Origin: an uncultured Verrucomicrobiota bacterium
Lineage (GTDB): Bacteria > Verrucomicrobiota > Verrucomicrobiia > Palsa-1439 > CAYGDP01
Direction of reading: 5' to 3'
Length of the DNA: 64,000 nucleotides
Assembly (NCBI GenBank): GCA_964348665.1
Contig: CAYGDP010000001.1
Coordinates: 66,767 to 130,766, forward strand
The notes beneath the pieces were generated by a model. It was not told where the DNA came from and made no database searches. It saw nothing but the letters and a program-made list of their open reading frames with translations. A program made the position numbers and the translations under genes. Positions 46,600-55,833 of this stretch are shown one piece after another (position 1 is the first letter of the stretch; the number at the start of each line of letters is the position of its first letter).

Positions 46600-47484
46600 T
46601 TGCGCGTAGTCTCGCGCGCGATGAACGACAAACAGAGCGACAAAGTTTTGATGGCGAGTGCGATTCATGCAAACCCTTTTTCCGTCAAGCTCACCGTCGT
46701 TCATCCCGCCGACGACAAGAAATCCTTTGAGATGGTCTCCGCCATAGTTGATACCGGCGCGACCCTCTCGGTTCTTCCAAAAAGGCTTCTTGAAGATATT
46801 GGTATCACCGCGCGCCGGACGGTCGAGATGTTGACGGCCGCTGGCGAAACCATAAAACGGAAAGTCGGCAGCGCGATTCTTCGCACTGGGGATCACGAAG
46901 CGACTGTGGATGTCGTCTTTGGTGAAGAGAACGATTTGACCCTTTTGGGCAACAACGCCCTGGTCGGTATGGCGGTAAAGGTGGATCCGGCCAAACAGCA
47001 ACTTGTTGCGGCGCTTCACACGCTCGCAGCAAAAAACACGGAGAATCCCATGGATCACAAGACCCTTTTGATCGGCCTGCTCAAACTCAATGCCAACGCG
47101 ACGGACGCGGAGATCGAAGCGGCCGTCAAAGCCGCGAATCTCGGCGACGTAAAGGTTTTTGCCGGCGCGGTTGAAGTCGCCCTCAAGCCGCTCACCGACA
47201 AGATCGCCGCACTGGAAGCGCGCGACGATCAACGTGAGCGCGAAGTCATTCTCGCCGCGGCGCTGGCCGAGGGCAAAGTCGTGCCCGACGAGGCTTCGAA
47301 GTTGCCAATGGCTGACTTCAAGGCGCTGGTCGGTAAACTCCCCGTCACTGTGCCGGTCGGTCGCCGCACGCCGGAGCACGTAAAGGCGCTGGCATCAACG
47401 CTCGGCGCAACCGGCCTGAGTGCAGAGGTGCAAAAGAATTTGGGAATCTCAGATGAGGCATGGAAAAAGCACGCACAGAATTAA
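46600..47484 (+). CDS. head protease-scaffold protein: retropepsin-like aspartic protease (DTG) N-terminal domain plus Mu I-like scaffold C-terminus
   Basis: AIVDTGATLSVLP (aspartyl protease D-T/S-G-A signature), ...GNNALVG. C-terminal helical region (TDAEIEAAVKAANL...IAALEAR). Position between G and the capsid gene. Confidence 0.5.
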   Translation: MRVVSRAMNDKQSDKVLMASAIHANPFSVKLTVVHPADDKKSFEMVSAIVDTGATLSVLPKRLLEDIGITARRTVEMLTAAGETIKRKVGSAILRTGDHEATVDVVFGEENDLTLLGNNALVGMAVKVDPAKQQLVAALHTLAAKNTENPMDHKTLLIGLLKLNANATDAEIEAAVKAANLGDVKVFAGAVEVALKPLTDKIAALEARDDQREREVILAAALAEGKVVPDEASKLPMADFKALVGKLPVTVPVGRRTPEHVKALASTLGATGLSAEVQKNLGISDEAWKKHAQN

Positions 47485-47513
47485 CACAGAAACCAGAAAG
47501 GAATTGAACAAAC

Positions 47514-48095
47514 ATGGCTGCTGCAACCGCTGACATCAACACACCCGAGCGCGCAGGCGAAGTCGTAAATCTACCTGTCGCCGCTTCAACAAAAATTTAC
47601 GCGGGCACGATGGTCGCCATTGACGCCAGCGGAAACGCAAAGCCAGCAGCCGATACGGCTGGCTTGACCGTCATTGGCCGCGCTGAGGAGTTCATTGATA
47701 ACTCCAGTGGAGCGGCTGGCGATTTGACGATCAACGTCAAGCGCGGGGTGTTCAAATATAACAATAGCGGCACGAATGCCGTGGATGCCGATGATAAGGC
47801 CAAGGTGTGTTATATCGAGGATGACAATACCGTCCAGGAAGCGATCGGCACGAATGCGATTGTCGCGGGTTTGGTTCTTGAAGTCGCTGACGGCGGAGTT
47901 TGGGTTGACCAAAGCTTGAACGGTGTTCGCGGGACAGTCGTGACGCTCGGTAATGCCGACAACGAAATTGGAGCGTTGGCGATCGGCGGAACATATACTC
48001 AAGCAGAAGTCGTCGCGCTTCGGGACAAGGCCGAAGAACTCGCGGATGATGTCCGCAATATGCACGCCGCCTTGCGGCTGCGCGGTTTAGTGTAA
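47514..48095 (+). CDS. hypothetical head protein (decoration/Z-position)
   Basis: Gly/Ala-rich, beta-type. Sits between the scaffold and the major capsid gene. Confidence 0.3.
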   Translation: MAAATADINTPERAGEVVNLPVAASTKIYAGTMVAIDASGNAKPAADTAGLTVIGRAEEFIDNSSGAAGDLTINVKRGVFKYNNSGTNAVDADDKAKVCYIEDDNTVQEAIGTNAIVAGLVLEVADGGVWVDQSLNGVRGTVVTLGNADNEIGALAIGGTYTQAEVVALRDKAEELADDVRNMHAALRLRGLV

Positions 48096-48123
48096 CTCAC
48101 GAATCTGAAAGGAAATCACCACC

Positions 48124-49035
48124 ATGCTTGTCACCAAAGAAAACGTCAAAGAGATCTTCAAAGGGTATCGGGTCATCTTCGAGGAAGCCTTCCAGGGAAT
48201 CCGCGAGTTGACATGGCGGCGCATCGCCATGGAGACCCAATCTTCTGGCGATAGTGAAGACTACGCCTTTCTCTCCGCCATACCCGGTGTGCGGGAATTG
48301 ATTGGTGAGATTCAAGTCAAGAACTTGAGCACGCAGAAATTTACCATCACCAATAAGGAGTGGGAAGTCACGATCGGCCTGCCAGTCAAGCTCGTCGAGC
48401 GCGATACCTACGGCTTGTTGAAGCCGCAGATTCAAATGATGGCGCAGGTCACAGCGCAACATCCCGATGACTTGGTTTCAGATCTACTGATCAATGGCTT
48501 CACGACCAAGTGCTATACGGGCAAAAATTTCTTCGATACCGACCACGAGCCAGTCAAAGGCGGCACGAAGTTCACCAATAAGGACACGAAGAAATTGTCC
48601 GCCGGCAACTGGGAGGCCGCGCGCGCCGCGCTGCGTGGTATCAAGAACAGCGAAGGTCGCCCGATGAATCTTGGTCGGGACTTGGCTTTGTGTGTGAGTC
48701 CTGAGAACGAAGGCTTGGCGAAGCGCATTCTTGAGGCCGAGTTTCAAAATGGCGGCGACTCGAATGTCAACAAAGGTACAGGAAAGGTGCTTGTACTGCC
48801 GAAACTTGGCGGGGCAACCCACAAGGAAAAATGGTTTGTGATCGAGGCTGGCTACCCTGTCCGCGCGTTGATCGTCCAGATCGAGCGGCAGCCGACAGCG
48901 CTCGCTGTTACCGACCCGGAAGACAGCTACGTCGTGCTGAAAAAACAATTCATCAACCAAGGCTACTACCGCGGTAATGCAGGCTACGGATTGCCTGAGT
49001 TCGCCTGGGGTTCAGACGGCACGACCGGGCCGTAA
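48124..49035 (+). CDS. major capsid protein (Mu gpT-like)
   Basis: MLVTKENVKEIF...RRIAMETQSSGDSEDYAFLSAIP aligns with Mu T MIVTPA...NKIAMVVNSSTRSNTYGWLGKFP. Confidence 0.7.
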   Translation: MLVTKENVKEIFKGYRVIFEEAFQGIRELTWRRIAMETQSSGDSEDYAFLSAIPGVRELIGEIQVKNLSTQKFTITNKEWEVTIGLPVKLVERDTYGLLKPQIQMMAQVTAQHPDDLVSDLLINGFTTKCYTGKNFFDTDHEPVKGGTKFTNKDTKKLSAGNWEAARAALRGIKNSEGRPMNLGRDLALCVSPENEGLAKRILEAEFQNGGDSNVNKGTGKVLVLPKLGGATHKEKWFVIEAGYPVRALIVQIERQPTALAVTDPEDSYVVLKKQFINQGYYRGNAGYGLPEFAWGSDGTTGP

Positions 49036-49124
49036 TCGGTTTTTGGGAATGCCCAAATGAGTCGGGGCGGTTGCCGTGGTCAGAGCGACCGCAGTAACCG
49101 CCCCAAAACTTTAGAGCAAAAAAC

Positions 49125-49550
49125 ATGGCCTACGTCGAACAAAGCGACATCTACAGCGAGATTCCGCAGACGCTCGCCACCCAAGCCCTCGACGATAATG
49201 AGGACGGCGCCGTGGACGCATCCGTCTGGACGACGATCCAGACACAGGTGCAAAATGAAATTGACGGTTTGATGGCGGGACGGTATGCCGTGCCGTTTGT
49301 CTCCCCAATCCCGCCGCTGATCCTGCACGCCGCGTTGATTTTCGCCTGCGAAAAAGTGATCAGCCGACGCCTGGGTAAAGGCGAAAAAAATCCATTTACC
49401 AAACAGGCCGACGAGCTGCGCGGTTTGCTCAAAAAAATTGCGATCGGCGAGGCCGCGCTGGCTGTGGATATTCCGCGCGCCAAACCGCCGATCTCGATCA
49501 TTTCCGAAGACTCCCGACTGCATAGCGCGTCGGGCTACGCGATGGTGTAA
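49125..49550 (+). CDS. Mu gp36-like protein (DUF1320)
   Basis: LDDNEDGAVD...EIDGLMAGRYAVPF pattern typical of DUF1320. Confidence 0.5.
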   Translation: MAYVEQSDIYSEIPQTLATQALDDNEDGAVDASVWTTIQTQVQNEIDGLMAGRYAVPFVSPIPPLILHAALIFACEKVISRRLGKGEKNPFTKQADELRGLLKKIAIGEAALAVDIPRAKPPISIISEDSRLHSASGYAMV

Positions 49551-49552
49551 TC

Positions 49553-50029
49553 ATGCCACTACGACCCGACGAAATTCTAACGACGCTGGAAACGCATCTA
49601 CGCGCCTACGTGGAGGCGAAAAAAGGCGCTCTCTCGATTGCCGAGGATCCGTTCCACGTCTATGAAATTCTAGCCGATGGGCCGGGTGGGTTCCACGTGA
49701 TCATCGCTTGGGGCGGCGATAAGGAGGTCAGCGGCCACGCCACCGTTGGCATCGTCGAGAATCGCATCAAAGTCATCATCAGCTACAATCGCGGGCTGGC
49801 GATCAAACAAGGCGCGCATCTGACGATCGCCCGCGGTACCCAGGGGCCGCTCTACAAGCTTCTTAGCGAGGTGCGCGCCAAATGCCGCGAGCTGACTTAC
49901 GCAGCGGACGATACGGACGTGAATTTGGAATACCAGGGCGCCGATGAATTTGCGGTACCGGGCGATCTGCCGCTCGACGCCTACGAAATGAATTTCACGC
50001 TGCACAGTAATCTGCCGCAAACAACCTAG
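49553..50029 (+). CDS. head-tail completion/gp37-like hypothetical protein
   Basis: Positional only. ATGA-coupled. Confidence 0.3.
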   Translation: MPLRPDEILTTLETHLRAYVEAKKGALSIAEDPFHVYEILADGPGGFHVIIAWGGDKEVSGHATVGIVENRIKVIISYNRGLAIKQGAHLTIARGTQGPLYKLLSEVRAKCRELTYAADDTDVNLEYQGADEFAVPGDLPLDAYEMNFTLHSNLPQTT

Positions 50030-50042
50030 AAAGGATAACACT

Positions 50043-50420
50043 ATGGGCACACCCACAATCAAAGGTTTACCGAGCGACGTTGAATGGTCCAGCGCTGGGG
50101 CGCGAAAAGATTCCGCAGGCGTCGCTGGTACCTACGGCACCGCGATGGTTCTCTCCGCTTCCCGGCAACATACCGGCAAGAAAAAGGAATATAACGGTAC
50201 TGACGGCTACACCAAGATCGCGGTGTATTACGACGAGCAGGATAAGTGCGAGATCGAACTCTTGATGCAGGCCGCGATTTCCCCGCCCGCGCGCGGCACC
50301 CTCATCAAGATTTGCGGCGTGGACGTCGTGATCGTGGACGACATCAATCACGTTTGGGCGAATGAAGAGCTGCGCATTCTGCGCGTCAGCGGCACCAAGT
50401 ATCCTGACATAACGAGCTGA
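50043..50420 (+). CDS. hypothetical tail protein
   Basis: 125 aa. Confidence 0.3.
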   Translation: MGTPTIKGLPSDVEWSSAGARKDSAGVAGTYGTAMVLSASRQHTGKKKEYNGTDGYTKIAVYYDEQDKCEIELLMQAAISPPARGTLIKICGVDVVIVDDINHVWANEELRILRVSGTKYPDITS

Positions 50421-50428
50421 GTACGTTT

Positions 50429-50902
50429 ATGCCCGAAGAACCAAACCAAGAGGCCATACCCACCACCGGGGCAGTCGTGGCTTCGGCGGCGGTCAACACG
50501 CCCAAGGTTGTACTCAATGGATTCTTCCCGAAGGCTATCAAGGTTGGGGACTTGAATCTTTTTCCGCTTTCGGCGGCGAGAGTTATGATTCTGCAAAAGC
50601 TCAACTCGCCCTACCTAAAGATGCAGCCAGATGGAAAATACGCTGATGTCACGGACATCGATGTCGCCCGCGCAGCATTCGTTTTCGCGATGCCCCTCAA
50701 GGAAATCCGAACAGCCATGGGGCGAGGCGATTTACAATTCGATGACGCCGTATGGGGATTTATGGATCGGGTGCCGGTTTCTGATCTACCAACACTCGGC
50801 AAAAAAATCCAGGAGGCGATTTCCCAAGGACTTTCAACAATCCTGAGTGGCGAGGGGGGCCGAGGCCCTTTAGCGGGGCCCCAGGGCGAAGCCCTGGGGT
50901 AG
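50429..50902 (+). CDS. putative tail assembly chaperone
   Basis: Positioned immediately before the tape-measure gene. Confidence 0.3.
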   Translation: MPEEPNQEAIPTTGAVVASAAVNTPKVVLNGFFPKAIKVGDLNLFPLSAARVMILQKLNSPYLKMQPDGKYADVTDIDVARAAFVFAMPLKEIRTAMGRGDLQFDDAVWGFMDRVPVSDLPTLGKKIQEAISQGLSTILSGEGGRGPLAGPQGEALG

Positions 50903-50910
50903 GTTGGGCA

Positions 50911-51093
50911 TTGGTGCTTATTGATACGGTGTGCAGTGAATATGGTTGGTCGCTGGAGGTCGTCATGGAGATGCCGCTGGCAATAGTATTTGCGCTATAT
51001 GCAGCAATCAACGAGCGGTACGGCAATAAGCCCAGGGGGCTTTCGTACACACAAGCGGAATTAGTGGAAATATTTACAGGTGATCCACCATGA
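50911..51093 (+). CDS. small ORF preceding the tape measure (possible chaperone frameshift partner)
   Basis: 60 aa, ATGA-coupled to the tape-measure gene. Confidence 0.25.
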   Translation: MVLIDTVCSEYGWSLEVVMEMPLAIVFALYAAINERYGNKPRGLSYTQAELVEIFTGDPP

Positions 51094-52439
51094 GCGTGAC
51101 GCTTCAAGCCATCATGCATTTGAGTACGGCGAATTTCACCGCGCCTCTACAGCGCGCGCAGAGCCAGCTACAAAGTTTTGTCGGGCAACTCGCCCCACTC
51201 AGCACGTCAATTGCCACGGCGTTCTCCGTTGGGGCTGTCATCGATTTTGCCAGGAGAATTATCAACACAGGGGACGAAATCGCAAATCTATCTGCGCGGT
51301 TGGGAATTTCGTCGGATTCGTTACAACGCCTCGGTTTTGCGGCGAGCCAATCGGGATCAAGCATGCAAAGCCTGACGGGTGGCATCCAACACTTGATCCG
51401 TAGTATTGCTGATGCGCGCGGGGGATCGGAAGAGACAACTTCCGCCTTCAATCGTTTAGGGATCTCCGCTGAGATGATCCAACAGGCGTCTCCCGAGGAA
51501 ATGTTTCTGGCGATCGCGGATGGACTGGCCCGGTCTGAAAATAAAACCCAAGCCATGGCGGATGTATTCCAGGTTCTTGGTCGTGGCGCGGGAGATTTGA
51601 TTCCGCTTCTACGCGAAGGCCGCGCGGAAATCGAAAGGCTTGGGTCGAGTGCCCCAATTATCAGCGCGGAGAGCATCCAGTCCATAAAGGATGCCAATGA
51701 CGAATTTGAGCGACTTTCTCTCGATCTGAAATCATCATTCGCCCCGGCCGTAGCTGGCGTGGCATCAGTTCTCTCTGATACCGTAAAGGGCTTCAAGGCG
51801 ATAGGAGCTGCAATTGGCGCCTGGTCAATAGCGCCAGAGGTCGGATGGGAGAATGCGATGGTTGGCTTTAACGAGCAGATAAACGAAATTGCAGGGAAAC
51901 CAGCTAAACCCTTCAAAAGCACAACGGAAAGCGCGATGGCCGCTGTCGTCGCGCTTGAAAAACTGAATCGAGAACTTCAGCCAATTCGCGATCGAATCTC
52001 CTCGCTCGATCAACAGATTTCCCTATTCGATGCGACACCAGGGCAGAGGATTGATGCGCTCGATGAAAAACTCGCGTCCCTGCGCGGGCAGCAAAATGTC
52101 GTTGGAAATAAGGAGAGTAAAGAGTTTCTCGAACTGGAAGAAAAAATCAAGCGTGCGCTTCTCGAACGGCTTGAGTTGCAAAAGCAAATCAATTCACAAG
52201 ACACGAGGTTAGAACAGCACGCGGAGGACGTGGTGGACGAACTGACGACCCCATTAAACCAACGCGAACAACGTCAACGAGGTTCGCCCGATGAATTTCA
52301 GAGAGTTGGTCTCTTCATTGGCGGCGGGGCGCGGCCCGAGTTAGATTTGCAACGGCGTACGGCAGCCGCGACTGAGAAAGCTTTACCAATTCTGGAAAAG
52401 ATCGCGGATACGGAAGATCCAAATTTTGGAAATATATAA
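51090..52439 (+). CDS. tail tape-measure-like protein
   Basis: Ala/Gly/Ser-rich helical protein with coiled-coil segments. Position. Confidence 0.45.
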   Translation: MSVTLQAIMHLSTANFTAPLQRAQSQLQSFVGQLAPLSTSIATAFSVGAVIDFARRIINTGDEIANLSARLGISSDSLQRLGFAASQSGSSMQSLTGGIQHLIRSIADARGGSEETTSAFNRLGISAEMIQQASPEEMFLAIADGLARSENKTQAMADVFQVLGRGAGDLIPLLREGRAEIERLGSSAPIISAESIQSIKDANDEFERLSLDLKSSFAPAVAGVASVLSDTVKGFKAIGAAIGAWSIAPEVGWENAMVGFNEQINEIAGKPAKPFKSTTESAMAAVVALEKLNRELQPIRDRISSLDQQISLFDATPGQRIDALDEKLASLRGQQNVVGNKESKEFLELEEKIKRALLERLELQKQINSQDTRLEQHAEDVVDELTTPLNQREQRQRGSPDEFQRVGLFIGGGARPELDLQRRTAAATEKALPILEKIADTEDPNFGNI

Positions 52440-52441
52440 CC

Positions 52442-53185
52442 ATGGGAACACCAGTTTGGAAAGGGGCTACGGGGATTACATTGTTGGCTGGATACCCGAA
52501 GATCCAAGGCCAATTGAGCAAGCGCACGGCCGTGGCGAAATACGCTGCCCCATGGCAGACAATTCTATCAAGCGTGCCCATTATCGGCGCGCAGAGTCCC
52601 GATCTGCCGCCCGATCTCGAAATCGAGACTTACGATCAGGAGCGTGGCGACACGACTGATGGGATACTGACCGTTCATTTCAAGACCGCCGATGGCGTCG
52701 CGCCATCAACGCCGCCCGTCTTGCCGCGCACGGAAATTTTAGTGCGTTGGGAACGAGTCCAAAAACGCTTGAAGGAACATCCACGCTACAATTCCGCACC
52801 CTTGGCACTGACAGCAGAACAATTCGCTAAAATCGAGAATGCGCTCAACGAGCGCGATGACGGCAAGCGCGCCGCGATCGTCGCCGCCTTCACTGGCGCA
52901 CAACCCGAACTCTACGCATCCTTGGAGAGCGGTAACGACAGCTATTGGATCTCCATTCCGATCGTTACTCGAATCACGCATAGCTACACCAAGCCTACCT
53001 CTGGTGTCGCGTTGAACTTACGGCAGCTTCCACCGGACTACCCTGGATACGCGACGCGTTGGCTTAAGACGCAGGACGAAGCTCGCCCGAATGGGCAAAT
53101 CTGGCAGCGGGTCGAGGAATGGACTGGTGTGGATCGAATCAATGAAAATGTTTACGCCGAGGCGGTCCCGCCAACTGCGCCATGA
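52442..53185 (+). CDS. hypothetical tail protein
   Basis: Positional. Confidence 0.3.
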   Translation: MGTPVWKGATGITLLAGYPKIQGQLSKRTAVAKYAAPWQTILSSVPIIGAQSPDLPPDLEIETYDQERGDTTDGILTVHFKTADGVAPSTPPVLPRTEILVRWERVQKRLKEHPRYNSAPLALTAEQFAKIENALNERDDGKRAAIVAAFTGAQPELYASLESGNDSYWISIPIVTRITHSYTKPTSGVALNLRQLPPDYPGYATRWLKTQDEARPNGQIWQRVEEWTGVDRINENVYAEAVPPTAP

Positions 53186-53730
53186 GACCGCCGCGATACG
53201 CCCGCAAAGGTGAAGACGCGAGGACCCTGTGGATCCTATTCAATGAACTCAAAGACTTTTGTATCTCGTTCACGCCGCTGCCATCGGGCGATATTCTAGG
53301 GGAAAGAACTTCGACGGGAACATCGTATCGGCTGGCCAAAGATCGGCGCGGCGGTGCGAAATCTGGCACTGATTACTTTCCGCGATTCCACATCGTAGCC
53401 AAGAGCGGACTGACCGTAACGATGAAGTTTGGAGATCGAGTTTTTCCACTGCGCGGCGTAGGCGGTCAACCATTAAAACTCACTCTAGCGGAAGGCGATA
53501 TGACACTGCCGGATAACTCGACACAGCAAATTTACATCGCTGTGAATCCCGATCCATTTGTGCCAACGTCGCTGACCAGGCATTCTGCCACAGTTACCCC
53601 TGATCAACCGGCGCCGTTGGCTTTGAGGTATTTGCACAAGGCAACAGTGGTTACTTCGAGCGGCATTGTAACGAGCATATTGAACTACGACATGGACCAA
53701 GTGGATTGGTCGTTCAGTTTCTACGAGTAG
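53182..53730 (+). CDS. hypothetical tail protein
   Basis: Positional, ATGA-coupled. Confidence 0.3.
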   Translation: MRPPRYARKGEDARTLWILFNELKDFCISFTPLPSGDILGERTSTGTSYRLAKDRRGGAKSGTDYFPRFHIVAKSGLTVTMKFGDRVFPLRGVGGQPLKLTLAEGDMTLPDNSTQQIYIAVNPDPFVPTSLTRHSATVTPDQPAPLALRYLHKATVVTSSGIVTSILNYDMDQVDWSFSFYE

Positions 53731-53734
53731 AGCC

Positions 53735-54814
53735 ATGCCATTCACCCAATTTCCCGTTTATTCCGCGCGACTGTCAACCTTGGCGAAAAACAAGGATGTT
53801 ACGGAACTCAATGAATTGTTTGCTGGCCTTGATGAGAGGCAAGCTGCGAAGACGTGCGCCGCGTTAAATCCCACGGTGCTTCCCGACTATCACCCTTCAC
53901 ATCACCGGCACGTGGCAGATATTCAACGATCAATCCAGTTACTTCTGTCGAGTCCAGCACCGTACCTCGTTCCGACCCTATGTCGTCCCTACGATCACGC
54001 CAGTCCAGTCTACCAGGACTTGCTCGATGGCTTCTGCATAGAAGCCGGAATTGGCGGGAGCATCAGCGGGGCAAAGAAATGGACTACGCATCCTCAACGC
54101 GGAACCGCGTTGGGCGCGCCAGAGCAATACGACTCGCGCGCGCCGAATCCGCCACCCTTTACTCAGCGGGCTTTTGCAGAACATCTTAACGAAACGTGGA
54201 ATGCGTTGAAGGAATTGCGGTGGTTGGATCGGAGCGACATGTTCACCTTCACCGAGGTGAAGTATAAGGGTGCGACGGTTCAGGGGGCGGAGCATTTTGG
54301 GGATACGCCAGCATCGATCTACGCGATGGCCGTAGCGGCGGCGGAGTCATTCGGCTGGGTTGACGCCAGTAGCGTCCAAGCCTGTCCACACGAACATAGG
54401 ACGTTGTTTTCCAGAACTAGCATTCCAGCGTTGGGTCAATCCTTCATTCGAGTGGACGTCGTGCGAGCGAGGATCACCTACCAGATAGACTATGGAGACT
54501 GTAACATTCAAGAAGCCAAGTTTTTCGGCTATGCCAGTTCACAGGTACCAGCGGCGTTCATTCCGAACTGCAACGCCTCTTTACTGGCGGACGCTCATTC
54601 TTTCTCGAATCCATCCGAGCCGTTCGGACTTCCGCACAACGAGTCCCCATCCACGTCAGACTCTTTCTGTGGGGCAAGTGCCGCCGAGGGAACATTCATC
54701 TTCGAGTTTACTTTCGCACCCCTACCTGGGTTGGTTGGCGACGGTTCGTCGTCCGCCGGATGGCAGAAGCACTTGCTCGGCCTGGCTGTAAAACCGAATT
54801 TCTCGTACATCTAA
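53735..54814 (+). CDS. hypothetical tail protein
   Basis: Positional. Confidence 0.3.
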   Translation: MPFTQFPVYSARLSTLAKNKDVTELNELFAGLDERQAAKTCAALNPTVLPDYHPSHHRHVADIQRSIQLLLSSPAPYLVPTLCRPYDHASPVYQDLLDGFCIEAGIGGSISGAKKWTTHPQRGTALGAPEQYDSRAPNPPPFTQRAFAEHLNETWNALKELRWLDRSDMFTFTEVKYKGATVQGAEHFGDTPASIYAMAVAAAESFGWVDASSVQACPHEHRTLFSRTSIPALGQSFIRVDVVRARITYQIDYGDCNIQEAKFFGYASSQVPAAFIPNCNASLLADAHSFSNPSEPFGLPHNESPSTSDSFCGASAAEGTFIFEFTFAPLPGLVGDGSSSAGWQKHLLGLAVKPNFSYI

Positions 54815-54888
54815 TCCCGCGCGCACCGCGCGCAGGGCGAGCAGGGTTTTTTGCTATGGGCGGGTGTCTACGGTAGCTTACGGCTGCT

Positions 54889-55830
54889 GTGGCGAGCTTC
54901 CTTAATATTTTCTTCGACGTTCAGAATGGACGGATGTATAGCTCGCTGGCGACGGCGCTTCCCCTCGATCGTTTGAAGTTCAAGCAAAACACCCAGGTCA
55001 AAATGCGACTGTATCCTGTCGAGCGCGGGAGCAATCTCGCTTTGCAATACGTGGACTTGACCGGCAACACAATCAGGGTCGGGGTTTGCGGTGGCACCGG
55101 GAAACCCACCGGCACGGCCAGTGATCCAACACCACAGACCATCGCGCTGGCGACGAATTTCAACGCGATCGCCAATGGTTTCGAGACGGCCACAAACCTT
55201 GATTTCAACAATACTGATGTTGCTACTTTTTTGGGATCGCTGGCGGCCAAGGAGAGCACATTCGAGATCGAGGCGACGGATCCAAGCGGCTATCGGACCA
55301 AGTACGTCCAAGAGGGTTGCGATGTTTTGGCCGCGGTGATCGAGAGCACGCCGAGCGGACCTTCGCCTGGCCAGACCTATTATACAAAGGAGGAAGCGGA
55401 CGGACTTTTTAAGCGTGGGTTCGTCAAAATTCTTGCCGCCGATGAGACGTACACGACGACGACTTTAGCGGATTCGGCTGGTCTAACCGGGGCGTTGGTG
55501 AACGATGAACTGTACGAGTTTGAGGGGGAGTTTATCTTTACTTGTGCTGGCGACCCAGGGGGGATCAAGTATTCGGTCAGCGGTCCAACCACCCCTGTCT
55601 TTGTGAGGTTTACGGATGAGTTCAATGATCCAACCGAGAAAACCGCCTACGACCAAACTTTTGAAACTCAATCTGATGGTGTTAATACGTGGCGGATTCG
55701 ATTGAGTGGATCCATCAAGACTGCGGCATCGGGCAATCTCAAACCTCGATTCGCGCAATTGCTCTCCAACGCTACGCCGGTCACGATCAAAAAGGGTAGC
55801 TGGTTTCGCGCAGGCAGGAAGCTTGGATAA
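54889..55830 (+). CDS. hypothetical tail/baseplate protein
   Basis: Positional. Gly/Thr-rich beta character. Confidence 0.3.
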   Translation: MASFLNIFFDVQNGRMYSSLATALPLDRLKFKQNTQVKMRLYPVERGSNLALQYVDLTGNTIRVGVCGGTGKPTGTASDPTPQTIALATNFNAIANGFETATNLDFNNTDVATFLGSLAAKESTFEIEATDPSGYRTKYVQEGCDVLAAVIESTPSGPSPGQTYYTKEEADGLFKRGFVKILAADETYTTTTLADSAGLTGALVNDELYEFEGEFIFTCAGDPGGIKYSVSGPTTPVFVRFTDEFNDPTEKTAYDQTFETQSDGVNTWRIRLSGSIKTAASGNLKPRFAQLLSNATPVTIKKGSWFRAGRKLG

Positions 55831-55833
55831 AAA

